This document shows, piece after piece, positions 52,477 to 64,000 of a stretch of DNA of 64,000 nt. The stretch lies in assembly GCA_951406725.2 (NCBI GenBank), contig OX597842.1, positions 24,924,001-24,988,000 of the forward strand, given 5' to 3'. Both the position numbers and the translations under genes were made by a program. Every line of letters starts with the position of its first letter. Positions within the stretch are counted from its first letter, which is position 1. Source of the DNA: Octopus vulgaris (taxonomy: Eukaryota). The notes beneath the pieces were generated by a model. The model made no database searches. It saw only the letters and a program-made list of their open reading frames with translations, and was not told the DNA's origin.

Positions 52477-52973
52477 TATATATATATATATATTACAGAC
52501 CAATCCTGGATAAATTGTTTTACATACATATAACGAATATTTATGTATATAAATACGCATACATATAATAATAATAATATAAATAATGAGATACTGACTA
52601 TTGATATTCGTATATTTTCTCTTCTTTTGAAGTATGTGTCCGTGGTAGCTGGCAAGCACAAGAAGACTGGGGTAGGTGAAAACTCCACTAAACTAGATGA
52701 TACAAGCATATATATATATATCCATATATACATACATATGCATATATATGTATATATATCTCGTATATATCGTATATAAATCTGTGTGTACATATGCATA
52801 TATATAAAAAAAAAAAAAACTGGCTTTACTAAAATCTTATAGTAAATATTAACTTGGGTATATATTTTTTTTTCTGCAAATTTATATTTTATTTTTAATT
52901 TTTTTTTTTTTTACTTGCCAAGTTTTTCCATGTGAGAAAAAAAAATAATTTCAGTTCATGCACACTTCAGTCA

Positions 52974-53007
<34 letters not shown>

Positions 53008-53679
53008 GTAGTAGTAGTGTATTTAGTGAACAATAAATCCACCAGCAAAATTTCACCCTCCCCTCAAAACATTTGTAATGTATTCAGTGGAATGTTATAT
53101 CATGTGACTGACCAGGCTATCAGATGTTGTTACACATCACTGGTCACAATGCACTTTGTATCATCATCTTAGCCTTCAAATGATGCCGCCTCGCTGGCTA
53201 AGCAAGCAAGCCAAGATTTCTCACCCTGATTGGAAGGGGGACTGGAGCCAACATGAAACGAAGTATTTTGCTCAAAAACTCAATGCACCACCCTGCTTGG
53301 AAATTGAACTCGCGATCTACTGATCGTGAGGGCAAGAGCCTAACCACTAGGCCACATGCCTTCACTGGAATGCTTCTTGCTTGCTTGCTTCATGCTTTTG
53401 GTTGATGGGGGCTGAGGTCATCCCATGTTAGTGGTCCCAGAGGCATCTTTGAGTGTAGACCTGACCAGGTCCATCAGTGCTCCCCTTTGCTGGTGGTCCC
53501 GTGCCAGCCTCCTCTGTTTCCTGGAGCTTCTGGAGATCTTCCTTAATCATGCCCAGCTCCCTGGTGTAGGGCCCGCTACGGGGGTTGATTCCGGCCTGCT
53601 GCCTTGTTGAATGAGACTTTACTGGAATGTTATAATCTTCTTTTTATATATTTCTTCTTCTGTCTGTCTGTCTCTCTCT

Positions 53680-54012
53680 CTCTCACTCCATCTCTCTCTC
53701 TCACTCCATCTCTCACTCTTACTCCATCTCTCACTCTTACTTCATCTCTCACTCTTACTCCATCTCTCACTCTTACTCCATCTCTCACTCTTACTCCATC
53801 TCTCACTCTTACTCCATCCTCACTCTTACTCCATCCTCACTCTTACTCCATCTCTCACTCCTACTCCATCTCTCACTCTTACTCCATCTCTCACTCTTAC
53901 TCCATCTCTCACTCTTACTCCATCTCTCACTCCTACTCCATCTCTCACTCCTACTCCATCTCTCACTCCTACTCCATCTCTCACTCTTACTCCATCTCTC
54001 ACTCTCACTCCA
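53680..54012. repeat. 18-bp minisatellite (actccatctctcactctt)
   Basis: Directly visible. Confidence 0.92.
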
Positions 54013-54259
54013 TCTCTCTTGCTCTTCTCACTCTCTTCTCTTCCTCTCTCTACTTCTCTCATATCTCATCTCCTCCTCTCTTGCTTTCTCACTCTACATG
54101 TGTCATTCTCTCTCCTTTATTTGTTTCATCTCTCTCTCTCTCTCTCTCTCTCATTTTCTTCCATATTTTCGGTCTTTCTTTCTCACTGGCTGGCCTTTTT
54201 TTCTCCACCCATCTTCCATCTGTCCTATCTACCCATCCTTCCCTTTCTCTATCCACCCA

Positions 54260-54610
54260 TGACTCTCTCTGTATCCACCCATCTTTCGCTCTGTATCCAC
54301 CCATCTTTCGCTCTGTATCCACCCATCTTTCTCTCTGTATCCACCCATCTTTCTCTCTGTATCCACCCATCTTTTGCTCCATCTACCCCTCTCTGCCCAA
54401 TCACCCCTCTCTGTCCTTTCAGCCCACTCAGCCCTTTTTCTGCCACTCAGCCCTTTTTCTGTCCACTCAGCCCCCTTTCTGTCCACTCGGCCCCCTTTCT
54501 GTCCACTCGGCCCCCTTTCTGTCCACTCGGCCCCCTTTCTGTCCACTCGGCCCCCTTTCAGCCCACTCGGCCCCTTTTCTGTCCACTCGGCCCTCTTTCT
54601 GTCCACTCAT
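54260..54610. repeat. Two adjacent minisatellites of about 20-22 bp (ctgtatccacccatctttc.ct; gtccactcggccccctttct)
   Basis: Directly visible. Confidence 0.88.
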
Positions 54611-56011
54611 TCCCCTTTCTCTCTCTGTCCATTCACCCATTCTTTCTCTTTCTTCACCCCCTCCCTCTCCTGTTATTCATCCATCAACCCCTCTGCTCAG
54701 TAATCTCCCTTGCTACTAAGGTAGGTGAAAAACTCCACCAAACTAACCCTAACCCTTCTCATCTATTTCTTCCTACCATCATTTATGTATCCATCCATTT
54801 ATCCTCCTCCACCCACCTTCTTCACTCCCCCTCTATCTCTCTCTCTCTCTCTCTTCCATCCTTCTCTGATACCAACAAGATGTTACTTTAGAATCTTCTA
54901 AAGCTGTTATATCAATCCTGCATTTAATCCCTTCTTGGTTGGGCATCGTCTACTGCACCACCAGCCTCTCCCCTGCTTAGCGTGCACATATAACAACTTC
55001 TTCCTGAATGCGTCCCTCTCAAACTAATAACAATGTTAATAACAACAACAATAATAATAATAAAAATAATAATAATAACAACAGTAATAATAATAATAAT
55101 AGTCAAATAGTTAGGTCCCTTTCTGTGCCTTAACATTACACCTGCACCATTTCCTACTTACTGTATACATCTAAAAACCCCAGTTGCTTTGCTACTTTCG
55201 GAAACTGCTGCCTTGCACCTGTCTACCTTGATTTGGCTCGTACCATTTTGTTTTTATACCTGCTTGTCAAATAACGCTTGCTTGTTGAATATTTTGGGTG
55301 GAATATTTTTGGACGGCGTGGATGGATTGGAGATGCCGATGGTGGTGGAACTGTGTTTTTGTCCCCCTGTTGTTTTTTTTTGTTTTTCTTTTAAAATTCC
55401 TTTTTTTTCTTTGTCTCCCATAATACCTGCCTGTTATCCGCAGTCTCAAAAACATGTTACCTTTAACGATTTTTTTTTCTCCTATGCAGCACAAAGCCTG
55501 AAATTTGATGGGAGGGGGGCAAGTTGATTGCATCAACCCCAATGATAAAAAAGCAAAGTTGATCTTGGTGGGATTTGAACTTGGAATATAAAGAACCGGA
55601 AGAAGCACTGCTAAGCATTTTGCCCCATGTGCTAATGATTCTGCCAGCTCGCTGCCTAACAATAATAATAATAATAATTTTTTATAATTTTGGCACTAGG
55701 CCACTAATTTTGAGGGGATGGGACAACCCTAGCACTTTATTTTTATTGACCCATCATCATCATCGTTTAGCGTCCGCTTTCCATGCTGGCATAGGTTGGA
55801 CAGTGCAACTGGGGTCTGGGAAGCCAGAAGGCTGCACCAGGCCCAGTCTGATCTAGCAATGTTTCTACGGCTGGATGCCCTTCCTAACGCCAACCACTCC
55901 ATGAGTGTAGTGGGCGCTTTTTATGTGCCACCGGCACAGGTGCCAGACGAGGCTGGCAAACGGCCACGGTCGCATGGTGCTTTTTACGTGCCACCGGCAT
56001 GGAAGCCAGGC

Positions 56012-56383
56012 AAGGCTGGCAACGGCCACGATCAGATGGTGCGAGGCTGGCAATGGCCACGATCAGATGGTGCGAGGCTGGCAATGGCCACGATCAGATG
56101 GTGCGAGGCTGGCAATGGCCACGATCAGATGGTGCGAGGCTGGCAATGACCACGATCAGATGGTGCGAGGCTGGCAATGGCCACGATCAGATGATGCGAG
56201 GCTGGCAATGGCCACGATCAGATGGTGCGAGGCTGGCAATGGCCACGATCAGATGGTGCGAGGCTGGCAATGGCCACGATCAGATGGTGCGAGGCTGGCA
56301 ATGGCCACGATCAGATGGTGCGAGGCTGGCAATGGCCACGATCAGATGGTGTGAGGTTGGCAATGGCCACGATCAGATGGTGC
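56012..56383. repeat. 31-bp minisatellite, about 12 copies, expanded from a family D element
   Basis: Unit gaggctggcaatggccacgatcagatggtgc. Confidence 0.95.
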
Positions 56384-56607
56384 CTCCTCAATATGAAATC
56401 ATATTGGAGTCCAATATGATTTCATTATACAAATTATCTGAGGGCAGTGAGCTCGTAGAATCGTTAGTGCATCAGACAAAATGCTTAGCAGCATCTCTTC
56501 CAGCTTTTTACATGTGTTCAAATCCAGTAAGGTCAAATTTGCTGCTCTTCTTTTTGGGGTTGATGAAATAAGGTACCAGGCAAGTACTGGGGGTCGATGT
56601 GATAGTC

Positions 56608-56668
56608 CAGTGGTTCCCAACCTGTGGTCTGCAAAGGTAGTAGTGGGAGTTTGTGAACTAAATTCAAA

Positions 56669-56741
<73 letters not shown>

Positions 56742-57144
56742 TGAAAAAGCACCATCCGTTCGTGGCCGTTTGCCAGCTCTGTCTGGCACCTGTGCGGGTG
56801 GCACGTAAAAAAGACCCACTACACTCACGGAGTGGTTGGCGTTAGGAAGGGCATCCAGCCGTAGAAGCACTGCCAGATCTGACTGGGCCTGACGAAGCCT
56901 TCCGGCTTCACAGACTCCAGTTGAACCGTCCAACCCATGCTAGCATGGAAAGCGGATGCTAAATGATGATGTGTGTGTGTGTGTGTGTGCAGGAGTGGCT
57001 GTGTGGTAAGAAGCTTGCTTCCCAACCACGTGGTTCTGGGTTCACTTCCACTGCCTGGCATTTTGGGTATCTTCAACTATAGCCTCAGCCCAACCAAAGC
57101 CTTGTGAGTGAATTTAATAGATGGAAACTGAAAGAGAAACCCAT

Positions 57145-57199
<55 letters not shown>

Positions 57200-57401
57200 A
57201 TCATCATCCTCATCGTTTAACGTCTGCTTTCCATACTAGCATGGGTTGGATGATTTGACTGAGGACTGGTGATCCAGATGGCTGCACCAGACTCCAGTCT
57301 GATCTGGCAGAGTTTCTACAGCTGGATGCCCTTCCTAATGCCAACTACTCTGAGAGTGTAGTGGGTGCTTTTACGTGCCACTGGCACGAGGGCCAGTCAG
57401 G

Positions 57402-57447
<46 letters not shown>

Positions 57448-57754
57448 GTTTGTCCCCTTCACCATTGCTTGACAACCGGTGTTTGTGTGTTTACGTCTCT
57501 AACTTAGTGGTTCAGCAAAAGAAATCAACAGAGTAAGTACTAGGCTTACAAAGAATAAGTCCTGAGGTCTATTTTTCAACTAAAGGCAGTGCTCCAGCAT
57601 GGCCTCAGTCAAATGACTGAAACAAATAATAGAATAAAAGAATATATATATATAATGTACATAAGGATAAGTATATTAAAAGGGGTCAGTTGGAAAACTG
57701 AAAGCTCATTTAAATAAAAGAGGTCCGTGGTCGTAAAAAGGTTGGGAACCACTG
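56608..57754. mobile_element. hAT-type MITE with perfect 16-bp TIRs and 8-bp target duplication, containing nested SINEs
   Basis: tgatagtc|cagtggttcccaacct ... aggttgggaaccactg|tgatagtc. Confidence 0.88.
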
Positions 57755-58365
57755 TGATAGTCGAAACACTACCTTCCCTTGAAATTGCTGGCCTTGTGCC
57801 AAAATTTGAAACCCATTATATAAATTCTTGCCTTCTTCAGTAATAGCTATAATAATTTCACATGGGGCTTGGGAGAGGCATTAATGTGTGCATGTTTCGA
57901 AAAAAAGTTAGGTGGGGTGGGCATGTTGGATTGAGATACTGTAAGAAAAAATGGATGAAAGATAGCATTACATTAACTTTTGTTTGATTTGAATTATTTG
58001 CTACTGTGTTAAAAAAGATTCTTTTCTCCCCAAAACATGGGAGGAGGCTGAAGGGGATTTGTTTTGGTAAAATGTCATTCCACGAAAGGGGCCACTTTGT
58101 AAAATGTTATCCCATGAAAGTGACTGCTTTTGTGAAAAAATTATTTTTCCCAGCACATTTGTGACTTTGGATTCTGATATTCTTCATGTTAAAAGGTTCC
58201 CCCCTGTAAACATATGGTTTTTCGATCCTGTAGCTGCCTACTGACCGTTGTGTTGATTCCCAAAATACCCTAGAAAATTGTTGGCTTATATGATCACCTC
58301 AAGGCACCCTTGATGGCTTATGTGATAGCCTAGTTATTCCCTTGGCTCATGTGACTGTCTGGAAG

Positions 58366-58855
58366 CTCCCTTCTTGGCTGATGTGATTGCTTGTGGATTC
58401 CCTTCTTGGCTGAGGAGATTGCCTGAAGGTTCCCTTCGTGGCTGAGGGGACTGCCTGGAGGTTCCCTTCATGGCCGAGGGGACTGCCTGGAGGTTCCCTT
58501 CTTGGCCGAGGGGACTGCCTGGAGGTTCCCTTCTTGGCCGAGGGGACTGCCTGGAGGTTCCCTTCATGGCCGAGGGGACTGCCTGGAGGTTCCCTTCTTG
58601 GCCGAGGGGACTGCCTGAAGGTTCCCTTCATGGCCGAGGGGACTGCCTGGAGGTTCCCTTCTTGGCCGAGGGGACTGCCTGAAGGTTCCCTTCATGGCTG
58701 AGGGGACTGCCTGGAGGTTCCCTTACTGACTGAGGGGACTGCCTGGAGATTCCCTTCCTGGCTGAGGGGACTGCCTGGAGGCTCCCTTCTTGGCTGAGGG
58801 GACTGCCTGGAGGCGCCTTTCCTGGCTGAGGGGACTGCCAAGAGGCTCCCTTCTT
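58366..58855. repeat. 32-bp GC-rich minisatellite, about 15 copies
   Basis: Unit gaggggactgcctggaggttcccttcttggcc, degenerate at both ends. Confidence 0.93.
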
Positions 58856-59019
58856 ACTACCTGATCTGGGAATCGAATCTGCGACCTAGCAGTCATGTGT
58901 GCAATACCTTAGTCAGTAAGTCCTGTACCTTTACAACATACATAAGTGTGTGTGTAGACATATACATAGACACACATGCAGCTCTTCCAGAAGTCAGTTC
59001 TGCCAAAGTAAACAGGTCT

Positions 59020-59740
59020 TCTTGACAATGCTTGTCACCAGTCATCCTGATCCTTTATCATCATCTCCATGAGTTTCTGGGTCCTGTCAATGCTTTTTGC
59101 CACTTCATCCCATCTCTTCCTCTTCTACAAACTCCAACCACATGAAGTGATTGGTGCTTCTCACTACAGCTGCCCTCATCCATACTCATCTCATGTCCAC
59201 AAAACATACTCTTTTACTCTTTTCAGTCATTTGACTGTGGCCATGCTGGAGCACCACCTTTAGTTGAGCAAATCGACCCCGGGACTTATTCTTTTGTAAG
59301 CCCAGTACTTATTCTATCGGTCTCTTTTGCCGAACCGCTAAGTGACGGGAACGTAAACACACCAGCATCGGTTGTCAAGCAATGCTAGGGGGACAAACAC
59401 AGACACACAAACATACACACACACACACACACACACATATATACATATATACGACAGGCTTCTTTCAGTTTCCATCTACCAAATCCACTCACAAGGCATT
59501 GGTCAGCCCGAGGCTATAGCAGAAGACACTTGCCCAAGATGCCACGCAGTGGGACTGAACCCGGAACCATGTGGCTGGTAAGCAAGCTACTTACCACACA
59601 GCCACTCCTGAACCTACATCTGATTCCCCTTCACACTTTTTTCCTCTCAGTAGTACATCTATACTGTGTCTTTCCATGCACACTTACATTGTACATTCAG
59701 TAGAGCATACCCACTTCATTTCTCCCCAGTTTTCTCAAGT
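59020..59740 (-). mobile_element. RTE-clade LINE 3' relic split by a family A SINE (59210-59610)
   Basis: Minus strand reads GHEMSMDEGSCSEKHQSLHVVGVCRRGR..WDEVAK, resembling the RTE ORF C-terminus GHV.RM...RGRPRKTW. Confidence 0.55.
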
Positions 59741-60921
59741 TCTCTGCATTCAAGGACTCATTTTTCACTACCATGCAAAGAAAATACTCCTTGCATATAT
59801 TTGTAAGCCTAGTACTTATTCTTTCGGTCTCTTTTGCTGAATTGCTAAGTTACGGGGACACAAACACACCAGCATCGGTTGTCAAGAGATATTGGGGGAC
59901 AAACACAGACACGCACACACACATATATCATCATCATCGTTTAACGTCCGCTTTCCATGCTAGCATGGGCTGGACGGTTCAACTGGAGTCTGGGAAGCCC
60001 GAAGGCTGCACCAGGCCAGTCATATCTGGCGGTGTTTCTACAGCTGGATGCCCTTCCTAACGCTAACCACTCCGTGAGTGTAGTGGGTGCTTTTTATGTG
60101 CCACCAACACAGGTGCCAGACGAGGCTGGCAAACGGCCATGCTCGGATGGTGCTTTTTACATGCCACCGATATATATACGACGGGCTTCTTTTCAGTTTC
60201 CATCTATCAAATCCACTCACAAGGCTTTGGTCGGCCCGAGGCTATAGTAGAAGACACTTGCCCAAGGTGCCATGCAGTGGGGCTGAACCAGGAACCATGT
60301 GGTTGGTAAGCAATCTACTTACCACACAGCCACTCCCGTGCCTATAGTGAAAATATCTTGCATGATTAAAGGAATATTAGCTGAACTGGCAGCCAGTTGG
60401 TTATTATGATGAGTGTTCCTGTTGATTCAATCAATGGAACAGCCTGCTTGTGAAATTAACATGCAAGTGGCTGAGTACTCCAGACATGCATACACTTGAT
60501 TTAGTTCTCAGAGACTTGAATTACAGGTACAGCTCATTTGTTTCATTCCACATTGTTTCTGTCCTCTTAGCTGGCAAAATTGTACAACACATACATTTGA
60601 TCATTATATCACTATAAGCTTGTTTTACAAGCAGCTGGTCCCTCTACCCATAACCCTTAACCTGTTTTTCAAACATCATCATCATCATTGTTTAACGTCT
60701 GCTTTCCATGCTAGCATGGGTTGGATGATTTGACTGAGGTCTGACGAACCAGATGGCTGCACCAGGCACCAATCTTGATCTGGCAGAGTTTCTACAGCTT
60801 GATGTCCTTCCTAACACCAACCACTCCGAGAGTGTAGTGGGTGCTTTTACATGCCACCGGCACAAGGGCCAGTCAGGCGGTTCTGGCAACGACCTTGCTC
60901 AAATTTTTTTACAATTTCCGT

Positions 60922-60976
<55 letters not shown>

Positions 60977-63197
60977 TCATCGTTTAATGTCTGCTTTCCA
61001 TGCTAGCATGGGTTGGACGATTTGACTGAGGGTTGGCAAACCAGATGGTTGCACCAGGCTCCAATCTTGATCTGGCAGAGTTTCTACAGCTGGATGCCCT
61101 TCCTAATGCCAACCACTCCGTGAATGTAGTGGGTGCTTTTTATGTGCCAGACGAGGCTGGCGAACGGCCACGCTCGGATGGTGCTTTTTACGTGCCACCG
61201 GCACAAGGTCCAGTCAGGCGGTACTGGCAACGACCACGCTCAAATGGTGTTTTTTACGTGCCACCTGCACAGGAGCCAGTCCAGCGGCACCAGCGATGAC
61301 CACTCGAACATATATATCTATAAACTGGCATTCCATTGGTTATGCCAACGAGAGTTCCAGTTGTTCTGATCAACTGAACGGCTTGCTCATAAAATTATTG
61401 TATAAGTGGCTGAGTACACCACAGACATGCATACCCTTAATGTAAGTTCTCAGGGAGATTTAGTGTGACACTGAAGGTGACAAGGCTGGCCCTTTGAATT
61501 AGAGGTACAACTCAATTTTGTTTTATTCCACATTACTCCAGCTGGCAAAATTGTACAACACACACATTTGATCACCATATCAGTATAAGATTGTTTTACA
61601 GGCAGCTGGTCCCTCAGTCCTTAACCTGTTTTTCAAACATATATATCTATAAACTGGCACCCTGTCAGTTATTATGATGAGTGGTCCAGCTAATTTTATC
61701 GCCAGAATGCTCTGCACATGAAATTAACTGAGTACTCCACAGATATGCATACCCATAACATAGTTCTGAGGGAGATTGAACATGACAAGGCTGACCCTTT
61801 TGAATTACAGGTGCAACTCAATTTTGCTTTATTCCACATTGCTCCAGCTGGCAAAATTGTACAACACATACATTTGATCATTATATCTCTATAAGCTTCT
61901 AGGCAGCTGGTCCCTTGGTCCGTAACCCTTAACCTGTTTTTCAAATATATACATCTATAAACTGGCACCCTGTTGGTTATTATGACAAGGGTTTCAGTTA
62001 ATCTAATGAACAGAACAACCAGCTCATGAAACTAACATGCAAGTGGCTGAGTACACCACAGACATGCATACCCTTAATGTAGTTCTTGAAGATTCAGCAT
62101 GACACAGAATGTGACAAGGCTGGCCCTTTGAAATATGGGCACTATTCATTTTTTAGGGTTCCAGTTGACTGAGTCAACTGTTTTTGAAATTAACATGCAA
62201 GTGGCTGAGGACTCCACAAGTGTATGTACCCTTAATTTAATTCTCAAGGAGATTCAGCATGACACATGCTTATCAGAAGTCCATCTGACTTTGCATGTAG
62301 GACTCAGTACTTTTTTATTATTTTGTGAGACATGTTTTTGAAGAAAAAAGGGCATCTTATATACCATCAAATACAATATACATACGTACATGTAAAGGCG
62401 GTGAGCTGGCAGAAACGTTAACACACTGGGTGAAATGCTTAGTAGCATTTCGTCTGCCGTTATGTTCTGAGTTCAAATTCTGCCGAGGTCGACTTTGCCT
62501 TTCACCCTTTCGGGGTTGATAAATAAAGTACCAGTTACGCACTGGGATCGATATAATCGACTCAATCCGTTTGTCTGTCCTTGTTTGTCCCCTCTATGTT
62601 TAGCCCCGTGTGGGTAGTAAAAAAATATATACATAGATGTTTGCATACATGATGGCTGCTTTCTTGTTCTTGAGTATGATAATGCTATGTTAAGTGAAGG
62701 CCTGTGCATGATGCTTTTTTAAAGTGAGGAGAGGCCTTGTGCACAACCAGCCCCACTCTCTGAACAACAGATACACATTCCTCTGAAAGAACAACTTATC
62801 AACATCATTGTCTGCCATCGAATTGTAGGTTTTACAACAGGGTTTACCTTTCCCTAGCATGATGCCCTAACAAGGACTAGGGGTTACTCCCTCTCAGCAA
62901 TAGTCCTGACCATTGCCAGTGTCATGCATGTAAAGAGCACCCATTTCACTCTCGGAGTGGTTGGCATTAGGAAGGCCATCTAGCTGTTGAAACCAAGCGA
63001 AAATCAGGTTGGAACCTGGTGCAGTTCTCCAGCTTACCAGTTCCAGACTAACCCTCTGACCCATGCCAGCATAGAAAGCGGATGTTAAATGATAATTGTT
63101 GTAAATGAATGTCGTTTATTTTCAATGTTCTGCAAGAATATGTCTAGTCAAGGGGGAAACTATTACTTTGCATGGAAGCATGTAATGGTTGGTGCGT

Positions 63198-63575
63198 GGA
63201 GGCGCAATGGCCCAGTGGTTAGGGCAGCGGACTCGCGGTCATAGGATCGCGGTTTTGATTCCCAGACCGGGCGTTGTGAGTGTTTATTGAGCGAAAACAC
63301 CTAAAGCTCCACGAGGCTCTGGCAGGGGATGGTGGTGATCCCTGCTGTACTCTTTCACCACAACTTTCTCTCACCCTTACTTCCTGTTTCTGTTGTACCT
63401 GTATTTCAAAGGGCCGGCCTTGTCACTCTCTGTGTCACACTGAATATCCCCGAGAACTACGTTAAGGGTACACGTGTCTGTGGAGTGCTCAGCCACTTAC
63501 ACGTTAATTTCACGAGCAGGCTGTTCCGTTGATTCGGATCAACTGGAACCCTCGTCGTCGTAACCGACAGAGTGC
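63198..63575 (+). mobile_element. SINE family C
   Basis: Head nearly identical to the 8413 copy. Confidence 0.8.
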
Positions 63576-64000
63576 TTCCATCCAATGGTTGGTGACAGGA
63601 AGGGCATCCAGCTGTATCCAGCCCATCCAAGCATGCAAAATGGATGTTAATGATGGTGTCTACACCTGTCCCCATTCCCCTCACATACGTTGTTCAATGA
63701 AAAATAACGCCATATATCCTCACTCGCAGTACGTTTTGATTTCAATACACACAACACCTAATGGAACATATGTAACCTCCCTGCGGGTGTTTGAAATTGT
63801 CTGAGCACTGAAGCAGTGACCTTTGGTGATATATTAGCTTTGGATGATGTAATGACAGAAATTTATCTGGATGTGTCATCATATCTGATGCAAGTGCATG
63901 CCATTAACCAACCAGTAGCGGTATTGTTATTACTTACATGTCGCATGGCTCAGTGGTTAGAGCATTGGGCTAACAATCACAAAGTAGTGAGTTCGATTCC

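Noticed and set aside
53400-53610. GC-richer segment as a possible next KAT6 exon
   Set aside because: No acidic or Ser-rich KAT6-like translation and no clear splice sites; more likely an old retroelement fragment.
53604-54891. 371-aa and 426-aa ORFs
   Set aside because: Minisatellite translations.
56012-56383. 31-bp repeats superficially like a CRISPR array (also 58366-58855 and 5870-6240)
   Set aside because: Contiguous tandem units with no unique spacers, no cas genes, eukaryotic intron context.

Overview
Eukaryotic, AT-rich and repeat-dense genomic DNA. The SINE families and extreme microsatellite load suggest an octopus (coleoid cephalopod), which is an inference. The whole window lies inside one + strand gene, the KAT6A/KAT6B (MOZ/MORF, enok) MYST-family histone acetyltransferase orthologue. 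Thirteen GT-AG exons between 528 and 43281 splice into one open frame of 3870 nt (1290 aa): double PHD finger, a very long low-complexity linker, then the complete MYST HAT domain. The start and C-terminal exons lie outside the window. Introns contain tRNA-derived SINEs, an RTE LINE relic, Tc1/mariner relics, piggyBac-, hAT- and TcMar-type MITEs, a Helitron, and micro/minisatellites. The most notable observation is eight minimal type I hammerhead-ribozyme-like motifs in mostly different intronic repeats, showing C3:G8, G3:C8 and U3:A8 covariation of the catalytic core pair. Also notable are near-perfect fold-back palindromes (candidate ADAR substrates) and in-frame internal donors in the 2.1-kb linker exon. 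All alignments and folds were read by eye; no searches were run.
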